DNA of 64,000 nt from the human T2T-CHM13v2.0 reference genome, Homo sapiens. A program made the position numbers and the translations under genes. The notes below the pieces were generated by a model that had not been told where the DNA came from, searched no databases, and saw only the letters and a program-made list of their open reading frames with translations. Where the stretch lies: NCBI RefSeq assembly GCF_009914755.1, contig NC_060931.1. One strand, given 5' to 3'. Numbering within the stretch: the stretch's first letter is position 1; every line of letters starts with the position of its first letter. Shown here one piece after another: positions 1 to 15,176 of the stretch.

Positions 1-111
1 ATCTTTCCAGACTCTTAATTTTTTAACTTCATCCCCTAAGCTGCTCACTAATACTTGCCTGTTGGTACCTATCTTTAGGGAGTCTTAGTTAAGTTAATGA
101 AAACATTAGGG

Positions 112-265
112 AAGTTGTTTCCAAAATTTATTGCACATTGTAATCTTCTGGGTATCTTAAACAATATTAATGCCTGGCTTCAATCCCCAGACATTCTGAT
201 TTAACTGGCAGAGGGTGCAAGTGGGCAAGGGGATGGTTTAAAAACTCCCCAGGTGATTCTAATTC
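112..265. mobile_element. MER5-like hAT-Charlie DNA transposon fragment
   Basis: Resembles recalled MER5 consensus (attctgatttaactgg...aaaactccccaggtgattctaa). Confidence 0.6.
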
Positions 266-294
266 AAACTTAGATTTGGTTTTAACCCCCTTAC

Positions 295-339
295 CTGAAT
301 TCCTCTGGGTCCCTTTGGTCCATATGGCCCTGGGGATCC
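295..339 (-). CDS. COL28A1: COL28A1 exon 10 (45 nt, GSPGPYGPKGPRGIQ)
   Basis: ttccacag|GGA TCC ... ATT CAG|gtaagg. Confidence 0.95.
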
Positions 340-1128
340 CTGTGGAATAAAATTGAAAATAAGTCTCTCTAAATATACATCTTCAACGTGCAGTGATTTT
401 AGGTAGGAGGGAAGGAAATGTGTTCTCGGTAATTGCCATCTTCCCTGGTTATCTTAACATCAAAGGCAATAAACTGAAATAATCCTAATTAACAAGCCAA
501 GGGGTAGGAGTGTCAAACTTTCCTTCAGTAAACAATCTCCATGAAAATACAATTTTAGATGTAAGTCCGTTGCCTACATATTGACATTTTGGTCATTTTG
601 GTTACAGTAAAGAAATTACTTTATAAGATTCCTTAGAGGGCTATAAACTTATTGGAATATTATTTCCTTCCGACAGGGTAATGTCAGTTAAATTAACAAT
701 GTAGTGCATTTCCATGCTATCTAGATCACTCTTTTGCTCATCTTCAAAACACTGAACGTGGCAAAACACTGTTTATATTCAATACTCTTCTAATAGAAAA
801 TATTTCATTCGGTCCCATAACCAGGAAACCCTTTAAAATTTATTTTGTGAGGGAGAACATAGTCTAGTTTTTATTTCCCCAGATTTCCACTTTTTTTTTT
901 TGCTTATCAAAGTACAACCTGTTAACAATTGACACACTTTGACAATTATAGAAACATATAAATAAACAATTTGAAAAATCACACAGAAGCAAATGCTGTT
1001 AACATTTTAGGCATATTTTCGTCCAGTTTTATTCCCAGTAGATTCCTCTTCAAATAATGTGATCAAAGTGTATGTCTGATTTTGTGTCCTACCCATTTGG
1101 CCTTACACTGTATCAAAAATATTTTTCC

Positions 1129-1471
<343 letters not shown>

Positions 1472-1703
1472 TCAAGAATAGGGAACTACCATAATTTATT
1501 TACTCATTTCCCTAGCTTTGACCTAATATTATAATGAACATCTTTATGTATAAATCTCTGCCCAACTTCTGATTCACTCCTAAGAATAGTCTACTAGAAG
1601 AGGATGATGGAAGCAGAGACCATAAGCACATTTAAGGTTCACCGGCTGTCCTTTGTCTCTCATGCCATATATAGAAATAAAGAGAGAGAAACTTCCTCCA
1701 TAA

Positions 1704-2556
<853 letters not shown>

Positions 2557-2712
2557 TAATTTTAATGTATTAATTTCACTTATCTGATTGCTACTGTATT
2601 CGGATATTTTTCTTATTTATTAGCCATTTTAATTTCCACTTCTCTATCTCTTCATGTTGTTCATATGTTTTTCTGAACAAACTTGTGTAAACTCTTCGTG
2701 TCAAGGACTCTA

Positions 2713-2900
2713 TATCTCATCAGTTCTAAGGCACATTTTTTCACATTTTTATATCTCTGACATTGGGGTATATTTTACAGTCAATTGCACCTTACATTTA
2801 TAATTGGCAGTGGGTTTTTTTTGTTGTTGTTATTCCTTTTTGGTATGGAAAATAATGGGACATTTAATAATCCCTGACATCTTAGTCAATGAAATATGAT
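2713..2900. mobile_element. MER104/Kanga-like Tc2 DNA transposon
   Basis: ttctaaggcacattttttcacatttt...catcttagtcaatgaaatatg resembles recalled MER104 consensus. Confidence 0.55.
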
Positions 2901-3455
2901 ATCCTTTGTCAACCATTTTAATTTCATCTAGTTTTCCCAGGTATTCTTTGACTTTCATTTCTATTCTATTCTATGTGTGTCCCTTTTTCTGCATTGCCAA
3001 TATCCAGGTCCATCTTCCATGTTCAGTTATACTCCAGGAAGAATCTATTCATTTTCACATTTCCCATTTTGACCAGAGATAATTACCAAGCCTACCTTTT
3101 GCAGATCCACCTGACTTTAACTCTACAGTACTTTAAAAGCATTCAGAAAGTCTCAATCTATTTAAAGTGTTTAGTTTCATGGGCCAAAGTCATTATCTCA
3201 CCCTCTTCTCCTAACCTTCTGCCTCATTTTCTCTCCTTGACTCCCTTCCAGAATTATAACATAGAAACTGAAAAAGTTTGGTATCTTGGTGGCATGATGT
3301 TAATAGTTCTTAATATAATGAAAACTATTTATTTTTACTCTGTACTTTTTTGGACCCTTTAACATCATGTTTCAGATATACTCTCTGTATATATTTGGCC
3401 TTTTGAGGAACTCTTTAACATAATATTATTTCCAAATTTAAGTGCTTTCATTATT

Positions 3456-3762
<307 letters not shown>

Positions 3763-4268
3763 TATATTTATTTTTTAAAATAAAGGTGAATATTTATCCA
3801 ATTGTTTGTGTCTACATTTTCAAAATTCCAAATCTCTATGTCTAGTTGCACCACACTGTTTATAACTATTTCACTGACTGATTTCAGAGTTCTTCACACT
3901 ATTTTGGAAAGTGCCTGTTTTCAGTGTTTGCATCTGGAAAGCACTTCTACCCTGACCTAACTGCAGCTTTAATTAACTTTGCAGGTTAAATAATTCTTTT
4001 TACCATAACATTCAGTGGGCGTGGCCTCCAAGGTTAGGGTGTCAGAAAATGAAGTCTTAATGGTCCATAAAAAAGGCATTTGGGGGTTCTATTATTGAGT
4101 TAGGCATCACTTTGTTTTCTACCACATGTTTTACAGATGTGAAAAATTGAGCCATTGATTCCAACTCTAGTAGTGAGATCACCATAATTCAGCCCAGGAA
4201 TTTCCCCTTAAGGAAACGCAACCCAAAAGGGATCACAGCTGTAAGCAGTTTAAAAACATGTTCCTTAC

Positions 4269-4313
4269 CTTGTCACCTTTTATCCCTGGTTTACCACATT
4301 CCCCACGTTCACC
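4269..4313 (-). CDS. COL28A1: COL28A1 exon 9 (45 nt, GERGECGKPGIKGDK)
   Basis: ttttttag|GGT GAA ... GAC AAG|gtaagg. Confidence 0.95.
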
Positions 4314-5174
4314 CTAAAAAATAAATAAGTGAAATAAATAAGAGAACACTTGCAGTCATTCACTATTAAGAATGTTTGTTTGTTTGTTTTTTAAATTCCC
4401 AGCAGACTCTTGTAACATAAGCACTCTTTTGGTTTCTACACAATATTAGCCTCAATACTGTGGGTTTTATGGGCATTGAAATCTGAATATTTTTACCCAA
4501 GAGTCATCCTTAACTTGACAGGAATAAATCAGGAACAATGTAATAAGGTTTGACATTTTTAAGAAATGGATGAAACTAGAAGAAAAGGAACCTAGCATCT
4601 AATCACATATTAGATGCCCTTTGCATATGTGGTTTAATTGAATCCACATAACGGCCCAGGGAGATCAGCTTTATCATTCTTATTTTATAATTGAGAACAT
4701 TTAAACTCAACAAGATAATTTCCCTCTATCAAATAGCTAGTAAGTAAAAGAATCAGAGTCTGAACCCAGATACTTTAACTTGGAATTCCTATTTTTTCAA
4801 GAACACCATGCTTCAGCCTGAGTACCAACCTTGACCACCTAGTAGTGTTCACCTGGAGAACCGTGAGAGAAAGGTTCTGAAGTGAGATTGCATCGTGAGT
4901 TAGTGGGAACAGGTGCCATGATGAGTTAGCGAGGACTGCTGTAGGAGAGCCGGGCTTGGCAGCAAGCATGCTACATATTTTTCATTATTATGCTCTACTT
5001 CCCTGTCTTCCCTAGAATATTGCTGAAAAAACAACATTTGAGTTATTCTTTAGAGTTTATCAGTGATAGTTTATCATAAATATTTTATCTTAGTTAATCT
5101 GACATTACCTGTCTGAGATAAATATTAATCCAATTTTATAGATTAAAATTTTGTAATTAAGAAGGTTAAGTAAA

Positions 5175-5700
5175 GAGAATGTGGTATACAATGGAATATT
5201 ATTCAGCCTTTGAGAAAGAAATCCTGTCATTTGTAACAACATAGATGAACCTGAACCTGGAAGACATTATGTTTAGTGAAATAAGCCAGGAACAGAAAGA
5301 CAAATATGGCATGATCTCACTTATATGTGAGATCTAAAAAATTTGAACTCACAGAAGCACAGAGTAGAAGGGTGGTTACCAGGGGTAATTGGTGGAAACT
5401 TGGGAAATGTTGGCCAAAGGATACAAAACTAGTTAGATAGGAGCAATAAGTTCAAGAGATCTATTGTTCAACACGATGACTATCATTAATAACAATGTCT
5501 TGTATTGAAAATCACTAAAAGGGTAGATTTTAAGCATTCTCACCACAAAAACTGATCATTATGTGAAGTGATATATATGTTAATTAGCTCAATTTAGCCA
5601 TTTTATAATGTATACATTTATCAAATTATATTTTATACAATACAATAAATATGAACTTTTTAGATTTGTCCATTAAATTTTTTAAATAAAACTAAATATT
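5175..5700 (+). mobile_element. Old L1M (L1MA-like) 3' end
   Basis: aatggaatattattcagcc...atgatctcacttatatgt...tatgtgaagtgat; typical L1M ORF2 end and 3'UTR. Confidence 0.8.
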
Positions 5701-7714
5701 TTTAAAAGGTTAGTTTCCTCAAGTAGAAGGAGAATTGGGACCTCTGAATACTAATCCATTATATCAGACTTTTGAAACTTCTACTACTTAGAACTAAAAG
5801 GTGACAGTCAGAAAAATGACTAAAGTTTCATAATCATAGTAATATTATCTCCTTTATAAATCACTTTAGAGTTTTCAAAATGCTTTTATATATATCGTTA
5901 TTTTGATCCTCAATTCAATTCTCATTTTCAAGATAAGGAAACACAATTGGATATGTCAAATGATTTACTTAAATGTACAGGCTACCCAATGACTCCTAGT
6001 CCAGTGCTCTCAACACTAGCTTCTGCTGCTGCTTCTTTATTCTGCCTCTGTACTGCTCTAGGGCATGTTACTGGAAGTGCCACTACACAATGACAAGGAA
6101 ATTACATTCAAATGTAAATCAATGCACTGCTTCTTTCATCAAGGAAGTCTTGCTATGAAAAATAAATGTCAGCTGAACTTTAAACAGTATACGTTGTAAT
6201 ATAGTGGATTTATATGCTGGCGGAAGCTTTATCTTGTTGCAGAATAGCAACAAACCATTCACAGACTGGCAGCCAGCCTGCAGACCACAGTTTCAACAGC
6301 AGTGCTCTATGGAGGGAAATCACAACTGTAACCTCCAATTATGGATGCAAAGTGTGTGCCATAGCCTTTACATTATTGCTAATCCCCATAGCAGCCTTGC
6401 GAGGTATATATACATATCTCCACTCACAGATAAGCAAAATGAGGCTCAGAGACATTACATACTTTGTCCATGACCACAAATTTGAGTCTGTTAGGCTCTC
6501 AAGTCCATGTTCTTATCAGTCACCTGTAGCTGAACAAGGCACACTATCATAGGCTGCAAGTCACTTTCCATTAACCTGACATTTCTGCCTAGGGTACTGC
6601 CTGGGCTCTTGCAGGCATCAGGAGCAGGAAAGAGGGAGGTGTGACTCTTAGAGCCAGCTATGCCTCTGATCAAAAGCAATCTGTTCTCTCTTCACATCCT
6701 TTCGTGAGTCAAACTGACCCAGGAAAAACTGAGCTTTCACTTAGAACAAGTTGAACATTTATTTCTGAATGCAAATGGAAAATCACTTTTGAAGAATCAA
6801 TTAGAAAGCAATTAATTTAATAATTTTGGATGGGAATAAAATGAGTCAACCACCAAAATATAAAACAGAAAGTACCATAAATACACTCAAAATGCTTTTG
6901 GCTACAATTCACATTCCATTTGTCCAGACAGATTTGTTAGCTATAGGGGCCTGAGGAACAGCATTTGTTTTTTGGGGGGCACAGATTGCCATCAATGAAA
7001 ATATTGTATTCATGTTATTTGCCTCTGCAAAGGCGTTTTCCTTTTTGGTGGGCTCATTAATCCCTGTGGAATGGCCACAACTACATGGTTTCAGAAAGCG
7101 AGTACTTCAGAAAGCCATGAACAGATCAGCTCTGTTCTCAGCCTCTATTTTCTGATGCTGCTGCTCCTGGTGAAATTCTGGTTTGAATGTCGATGGTTCA
7201 GGGTCACTTTGCTCTGACAGCTTGTATTTTCCAAGTGAGAACTCTTCCAGTGAATCAATAATTCTCCAGAAAGTGAAATGAATCTTTTCAAAAAATATAT
7301 GTATAAAGCTTCCTTGTGTTGATAACTACCTCACTATATAAATCAAAATGGAGGAGGGGGCCACCCACTATTTTCCTCAACTATACACACAGTTGATAAT
7401 TTTACAACTGTGAAACTTTTTTAGTTTTCCCATATTAATATTTGTTCCTTTCCTCTTCATAATGGCACTTACATTTGTAGACAAGCCAACATTTTGGAAT
7501 ACATTGTCACGCCCATTATTTGATTCTCCAACCACTCTGTAAATTAGGCAGGCCTGTACAAATTGTATTCCATCCAGTTGAAGAAACAGATACTCCAAGA
7601 CATTGAGTTACCTAAGTTCTTAAGGCTGCTAAGTGTAGAATCATGGGATTCCTTACACTCTTCCCCTTGGAGTTCTAACATTGCCAGCGATTAGGATATA
7701 TTTATTGGCTTACA

Positions 7715-8250
7715 TGTAGGCTCACCCCTAATATTTGCAGGGCCCAGGGCAAGAGTGTAAGTGGAAGCCCACATACCATGTGTCTAAATAGTTGAAAGTT
7801 ATAACTAAACTAATAATGTTCTGGCTTCCTTCCTTAACAAATATGTCTTCAAAAGGGATAAAGAATTAAAAGACTTATGAATTCCTCAGAGGTCCTTGCC
7901 AGACATAGCCCCCTGCAGCCTGGCCCCAACTTCCCTTCCCACCTCCAACTCCTTCCACAGCAAGAGCATGAGCACACACGTGAAGATGCCCCGGGTAGCA
8001 CAACAAAGCCCGCTACATGACCTCTCCTGCCCCAACAAACAGCTACCATTCGGCTCCCCCTCCAGCCTAGGAAAATGATGGATATGGAAAGGAGGTTTTT
8101 GTATGCCCTCCCAGCAGCAGGCCTTTTGAAGTCTTGGCTACCCAATGCATGATCCAGGAGAAGGAAGCACAGACCTCCTGCAGACTCCTGGCTCCATGAG
8201 AAGCAGGGAGGCCAGAGGAGACTCAGAGCTGGACCCTCTAAAGTTCTAGC
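7715..8250. mobile_element. Probable hAT-Tip100 (FordPrefect-like) remnant
   Basis: Start ccctaatatttgcagggcccagggcaagagtg...gcccacatacc resembles recalled consensus. Confidence 0.4.
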
Positions 8251-8991
8251 CTCTTTCTCATGCCTGAAGGTTGTAGCCCTGTAGGATGGAATGGATGATA
8301 GGTGCATGTTCTGATTCAGATAGAAAATCTGATAATAACAAGAACTGTGGGACAGACTTATCAATGAACCAGTGAGCACTCTCAGAGGTTCCTGAGCCCC
8401 AGTATGACTTGTTAATCCCTTTTAAAGCAGTTTGGTATCCTAACTTGTAACTCGCAAATAATCATCAAATCATCTACCAACCCATACCTTTTGTTTGCTT
8501 GTTTGCCAAATTTACTCCCCTGCAAGCTCTACCCAATTGGCTGACTCAGTGAAGTCAGTGGCTCTTCACTGCTTAACCAGGATAAATCCTCCCTTTTCCC
8601 TGGGAGAGGATTTGGTGTCTAGGTTTTCACAGGAAGTTAAACACCAAGGGTGCAACCTATTTGCAGTATTGCTGAATCTGTTTGTGTAAAGAAACTTTTA
8701 GCCTGCATACCTGTGCTGCATGGCTTATAAATTGGGGTTCTCTATTAAAATAATTCATGTTTGCAAAGCTGAAGGAGGCTGGATTCTAATCTCAGGAATC
8801 ATGGTACCCTCCATCCCTTACAACACACATCCATATGTTAAGTTCTATTATTATTTTATGTTAACTCAGGAATGAGGGAATCCAGACTTACAAAAATAAA
8901 GAAAATAACTTTTATTAAGTTCCTAAGTACACTTATGTTTCTGTTTTTCTTTTTGAAATTCTGGTCAATCTATTTGTTGTTACCAACTTAC

Positions 8992-9018
8992 CTTGTCACC
9001 CTTGTACCCAGGAATTCC
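8992..9018 (-). CDS. COL28A1: COL28A1 exon 8 (27 nt, GIPGYKGDK)
   Basis: aaattag|GGA ATT CCT GGG TAC AAG GGT GAC AAG|gtaagt. Confidence 0.94.
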
Positions 9019-9944
9019 CTAATTTAAAAAGAAAATAAAAAGTAAAATATGATACTCTGAGGCAGAATTAGAATAAGGATTAGGTATTTTTCAATTACAA
9101 GGTATAACAAAAACACATCTATACAGTCTGGAAAATTAGATCATAGAAATGTAAACTGTTCCACTTCTCTTTGTGCTTGGAGAAATATACATTTACTGAG
9201 GAGAAGAAAATAATCTGTTTTCCCTTTATCACATTTTATTCTCAGTTTCAGGTATTTTTTCATATCCAGTTTCTTGCCCTTTGGCCCAAAACTAGAGGAG
9301 ATAATGTACACTGAAAGTCATTGTAGAAGTGATGGCCTATAATGGTCCCTTCAAAACTGTTATATTGACTTCTAAACTATGAACTATTGCAGCTAAGAAT
9401 GTTTCATAGAGACTCTGAAAGAAATTGGCTTTGAAAATGAGCTGAGATAATGGCCTTTAAAATGTGTGTAAATATTTGTATCCATTATGGTCCTCCTTAC
9501 AAATTCGGTCTAAGATATATAACATCAAGGAAATGAAAGGTTCCTTTATCAGCCCTAATGCGACAGTGACCTTTAAGCTACTGTCTTTTATCTCACACTA
9601 AATAAGAGGCCAGCACTTCTACTGTCTTCTGTGTGTCACCCTTGGGAATCCTGTACAGCCTTTTCCATTGTGTCACTGCCCATGGCCCTTTAAGAAATAC
9701 AATAGTGAATATTACATGGCCTGGGAAATCACCAGCTCTAAGCAGCAGCAAGTCCTCTTCAAATGGGATTTTTTTGTCTTTCATACAGCTATATTTTTCA
9801 AATATGGAAATAGAATTGTCAGATTTATTGAGAGCTGAAGAAACCTATTTAATAAATAAGCTATTATTACAGTTACATGTGAGTCAGACTACAAAATTTT
9901 GTTCTATGCATGACTTTTTTATTAATACTATTATCTATTTATTT

Positions 9945-10072
9945 ATTTATGTGTAGAGAGAGGGTCTCACTATGTTGCTCAGGCTGGTCTCAAACTAGTG
10001 GCCTTAAGTGATCTTTGCACCTAGGCCTCCCAAAGTGCTGGTATTACAGGTATGAGTCACTGTGCCTGGCCT
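9945..10072 (-). mobile_element. FLAM/Alu monomer
   Basis: Left-arm Alu sequence only. Confidence 0.85.
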
Positions 10073-10973
10073 GACTTTTTTTACAAAAGGAAACTTCATG
10101 AAGGAAATAAAACTTCCAAATGTGTGGTCAATGAGGAATAGAAGATAAACGTAGAATTCTCTCCTATGAGATAATAAGCTTTTTAAAAATACAAGTACTT
10201 TATCTTAGTTTTATTTTTACATACTTGTATGCTTTATATGTAGAATATACCTAAGAAATGTTTCCTGAACACAAATTTCAGATTTTTTGTTGACATTACT
10301 AAACTTTCTATCAGATTTTTTAATGAAGTTGATTCAAAATACCAAGAGAACAGTTTTTAACATCTCTGGGTCTGAGTCCAGGGCACATCCAGGGGGACAA
10401 GCAGAGAGGGGCAATGTCATATGGTCTTCTTTTTATGCACCGTACACATCTCTGCTATTTGATACACTTACTGCAATGCCCAGAAAAGTGCAAAATAAGA
10501 AATATACTGTAATTAGTTCTTGGGCAATATCCACTATCTTCTAATTTGGGGTATAAGAAATCAAATAGAATGGTAAATTTTATTATGTCTGCAGAATTGG
10601 ATTAACAAAAGCATAGTTTAGACCATGTAGTTCTTATGCTCCTGAAATTCTAACTTATTCTTTATCTTAAAAAACTTAAGAAATAAAGCAAACAGTTTTC
10701 TCATTGGAGCCTTTCACCAATGTCAAATTAAGCATCAGAGAATTTGATAGGGTTGAACACTCCTGCTCCCATTTTCACTCTGTTAGCTGAGTATTTTCTC
10801 CCCACATTTCCACTTCTAAGATCATATCTTTCTGATTGCCTTCCTGAGCCATCAAGAGCACAAGGTAGATAGAAATCACTTTTGCACTTGCACTAAGGGG
10901 GTCAAAATGGTCAACCACAAAATCAGTAACCTAGGATCACTTTCTTAGGAAGGCATTCCAGTTGTGTACATAC

Positions 10974-11015
10974 CCCTGGACCTCTTTCTCCAGCTTCTCC
11001 TTTTTGAGCGTTGCC
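10974..11015 (-). CDS. COL28A1: COL28A1 exon 7 (42 nt, GNAQKGEAGERGPG; contains a G4G helix imperfection)
   Basis: tgtcacag|GGC AAC ... CCA GGG|gtatgt. Confidence 0.95.
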
Positions 11016-12224
11016 CTGTGACAAACAAAAAACAGTAAAAATTCCACAGCCCTGAAGAGTGACTGATTGCTCAATAAAATGCATTATACAGAAGATTAAT
11101 AGCTTAGCCCAATTAGGAAACATCTTTAGTCTTTCCCGTTGACATTTTCACTATGCAATCTAGGCAAAAAAAAAAAAAAATAGCAACTCAGATAAACTTT
11201 GCCCTTTGCAGTGAAGCCAGATGTGTAGGGTGCAGGATCCAGGTACCTTTTCACAGCTTACACCACATCCCAGTTGAACAACACAGCGATTGTTCTCAAA
11301 TACATCATTATACTCACTTGGAGCCAGTCACTCTGGCTTTTCTCTAAGGGGCTTTGGAATGTTTTCCAAAATGTCCTCAAGAGTGATTGCTTGATTTCAG
11401 CAAGACTTAAGAAAATATATTATGTGGCACAAAATTACAAACCAAAGAAATAAAATGTGAACTTACATTTATAATGGGTATTTAACACAAAAAAAAGAAG
11501 ACATGATAGCATCAGTTTGGACGTATATAAGATGAGTGAGTATAGGGTTGTTTGGTTGAGCATGTGTGTGTATGTTGTAAAGCTATCCAAGGCTGCTATA
11601 TTCCCTTTCCTTGACAAGCAGACAATTGCCAAAAATGCTTTTATGCATTTAACTTTTGATTTTTTTCATTACCTCTCTAAAAACTTTCTAATAGGGCTGT
11701 TTTAGAGTTCATTTTTGAGTTAATTTTTAATGTAATAGTTAACTTTGTTAGTATTTGAGTACCTCTTACTTATTGCCTAATTTTTCCCAAACTATTTGTG
11801 TCAAGTTACCCGCAATGAAAAGCAAACCAGTTTCACTGCCACATTGCTATCACTAGTTATTATTGTTTTAATATTGCTGTGTTAATTGCTATAATGAAAG
11901 AAATGTTTTTAAACGTCAAAACACACACAAAAACAAATGATGTGAACTAGAAAACCACTTCCAGAAAAAAATAATCCTCTGGATTCCAAAGTTTCTAAAA
12001 TGTAAGTATCACTACTAAAGGATATCTCATTCTCTCTATTTAAATTTATTTTATTACCTAATGAAATTAAATGTGCTTTTACTTTTTTCTTTACTAGTTT
12101 TGTTTCCTCTCTTGAAAATTGTGTTCAGAAATTAACTCAGTGTACTGTAGAAATTAACCCAATGTCCATTACATTTGATGCAAATATTTCCTGATATTTC
12201 TATTTCTTTAATATTCCTTCCTTA

Positions 12225-12590
12225 TATTAGGACATTCTCATGCTGCTAACAAAGACACACCTGAGACTGGGTAGTTTATAAAGCAAAGAGGTTTAATGGA
12301 CTCACAGTTCCACAGTGCTGGGGAGACCTCATAATCATGGAGGAAGGTGAAGCAGGAACAAAGCCACATCTTACATGGTGACAGGCAAGAGAGCTTATGT
12401 AGGGGAACTTCCCCTTATAAAACCATCAGATCTCATGTGACTTACTCACTATCACAAGAACAGCATGGGAAAGACCCGCCCCCTATGATTTAATTACCTC
12501 CCACCAGTCTCTCCCACCACATGTGGGAATCATGGGAGCTACGTACAATTCAAGATGAGATTTGAGTGGGGACATAACCAAAGCATATCA
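12225..12590. mobile_element. THE1-family (ERVL-MaLR) solo LTR
   Basis: ~365 bp; cctgagactgggtagtttataaag...ctcacagttccac...gatttgagtggggaca...catatca. Confidence 0.85.
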
Positions 12591-13238
12591 CTCCCTTTTC
12601 TTTAATTATTATTTTTTTCATTACACAGAATTTTGCCTTAAATTTTCACATAGTTATATCTACTTTTCTCTTTGTGATTACTGCTGTTGTTCTTGAACTT
12701 GGAACCAAAATCCTAACAATGATCTGAACAGATGAATGTTTTCTTTAAAAGCCTGGGATTTTTTTTGATAGGTACACAGAGAAAAGAATTCGAGAAGTCC
12801 TTGAAGATGCTCTGGGAGTGAGAAACAATCTGGTGGTTTTTCTATGATTATTGTCAGTCAGTTAATCATTAAAAGTATACCCATTAAAAACACAAGTGCC
12901 AGTGTCAATCTGATATGGAACACATATTACTAGTTGCTGAATCATCATCCTAAATAAGATTGGCTGCTATCGTTTAAGTACTAGTTTCTGTTTATTCAAT
13001 GTCCCTAGGTTTCCTAAACTTACTGACTAAAATGTTCATATATGTTACTCAGAATTTGTGAATTCAAGCTAATAGAAATAAGATAGATAATATAGGAAGT
13101 GGAAATCCTGTATTCTTCACAAAAGTTGTCACATTTTTGCCATATACTACAATGCTTTTTATTTTTAAAATTGTTGTTTTAAAAAAAAAGTCTAGAAGGA
13201 GATACGCTGGTTTAAAGAAAAGCTGTTTATTCATTTAC

Positions 13239-13292
13239 CGGGTTTCCTTTTGGTCCTCGCTCACCTTTGATACCTGGATTTCCATGTGTACC
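13239..13292 (-). CDS. COL28A1: COL28A1 exon 6 (54 nt, GTHGNPGIKGERGPKGNP)
   Basis: ccttcag|GGT ACA ... AAC CCG|gtaaat; classic 54-nt Gly-X-Y exon. Confidence 0.95.
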
Positions 13293-15081
13293 CTGAAGGC
13301 AAAGGGAAAAAATATTATTTTAAGTAGGAATTCTATTGTTTTCTATACTTTATAATAATTTCTGATCAGTTTTGTTTCCTAGAATGAGGGAGAATTGTAA
13401 AACCTTTACCTGCCAAGCAGAAATTCAATTCTCTTCTCCCTTTTTCTACACCAGGAAAACCACTGTCTTGAATTGGCAGATTTTCTAGATTTGCTCAAAA
13501 GAGAATAATGTTTCTCTCTTCCCACCAATTACTTCTTCCCAAAACAATCACTTCTCAGCAGTTTTGCAAACAAAATCAAACTCATGCAAAGATTTAAAAG
13601 AGTAGCTGCAACAGGCAGAAGGATAGGAGTTGTTCCCAATCTCTCTTCATTGTGGGTCACTTCTACGATTCCCTCTGTCACTCACTTTTAAAAGGACCAA
13701 GCTAGCTTGCTTGCCTTTGGTCAAAGAGGTTCTGATATCCAGGAGACAATCTCAAAAGATGGGAGAAAGGAGCTCTGTAATCCTGTTCCAGAAAAGCATT
13801 TTGTTTTCCTGTTCCTAATCAACCAGAAAGCTTGCTTTTCTGAGAAATGGTGTTGGGGGTACTCGATAATGTTAAATAACATATTCTGTGGCTTATCCCT
13901 ACTAAAATGTGACAAGAATGTGACTAAAATTGTCAGGTGCTTAGCAATTGTGAGCTTTCTTATTGCTCATTTTAAAATATAAAGAAATATTTCTTACCCT
14001 GGCCATCTCTTGGTGTCATAGAGATAAACGAAGACTTTATAGGAAGGGATGGCTAAACCTTTGCTTTAGCCAAAGTCAGCTTCTACTGGCTGCCCCACTA
14101 TCATATAACGCATCTAACTTTGTATTTGGGGAGAAAAACATCCCTTGATTGGTAGGATGGTTTGAAAAATTGTAGGCTTTGGACCCGAGTCTCAAGGTAA
14201 AATTTGTCACATTCTAATTCATTCACAGTACACATTCCCCTCCCACCCCCAAATACAAGCATTAGTTGAAAATTTTTATCCATGCATTTTGTGAGATTCT
14301 CCATAGGGCTTCTTCTGAACTCTAAGGATGATATTTGGAATTATACAAATAAATAGAAGACTGAATGAGCACGTGAATACTTTATGAAGATAAATGTTAA
14401 AAAAATGCTCAGCATTTCCAGTGATCTAGATGTCATTTCAAATGCCTTCCCAGTACAGACATGGCACCTACCAGTTATTAGGCCAGAATATAAAGAAAGC
14501 ACTCCTTCCTGGATTATCTTATCAAACAATGAATCATCATAGTCAATCCTGCCATTTATTTTTGGTTGCCATGTGCTTACTTCCATTTCACAGAACTCAC
14601 CCTAATCCCCCAAAGCATCGTGACCAGCTTCCTGTCCATGAGGCCACACGGTGTTGCTGCTGCACTGCTGCATTCGTGTGAAGCCAACATTTAACTTTCA
14701 GAGAGGCTTGTACTCCATGTTTCTAGTAGGATAAAGCTTTGCTTAAAGCACTGATTATTTGTATTAGCTTTTTCTGTATTCACTTCACTATTGAGAAATT
14801 CTGGCTTCAATTATTTTATGAGGAGGAATATAAATGTCCTTTGTGGGAACAACTTCAAAACACACCTGCCCTCAGTTCAGGTCAGTAAAATCCCAGGCTT
14901 ATTTCTAAGGATAGAATGTGTCCCTTTAGAAATAAAAGAAAGAAGTAGCATTTCCATTTTTCCTCCCATTTCCAAACAATTGCTTTTCAGCAGTGCAAAA
15001 TAGCCCCGATGTTTTCAAGAGCGAGTAGAGCTATCATTGCTAGGACTTTCTGACTTAAGTTCAAAGTGGAAGTATACTCAC

Positions 15082-15138
15082 AGGAGGCCCTGGATCACCT
15101 GGATCTCCCTTCTCACATTCACAAATCTTGCGTTCACA
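15082..15138 (-). CDS. COL28A1: COL28A1 exon 5 (57 nt, [19 protein letters not shown]); start of triple helix
   Basis: attcag|TGT GAA CGC ... GGG CCT CCT|gtgagt. Confidence 0.95.
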
Positions 15139-15176
15139 CTGAATCAATAATGAAATATGATATTAACACACAGTGA

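Noticed and set aside
7849-8379. 176-aa minus-strand ORF in COL28A1 intron 8
   Set aside because: Non-ATG start, overlaps a probable DNA-transposon remnant, no recognisable domain.
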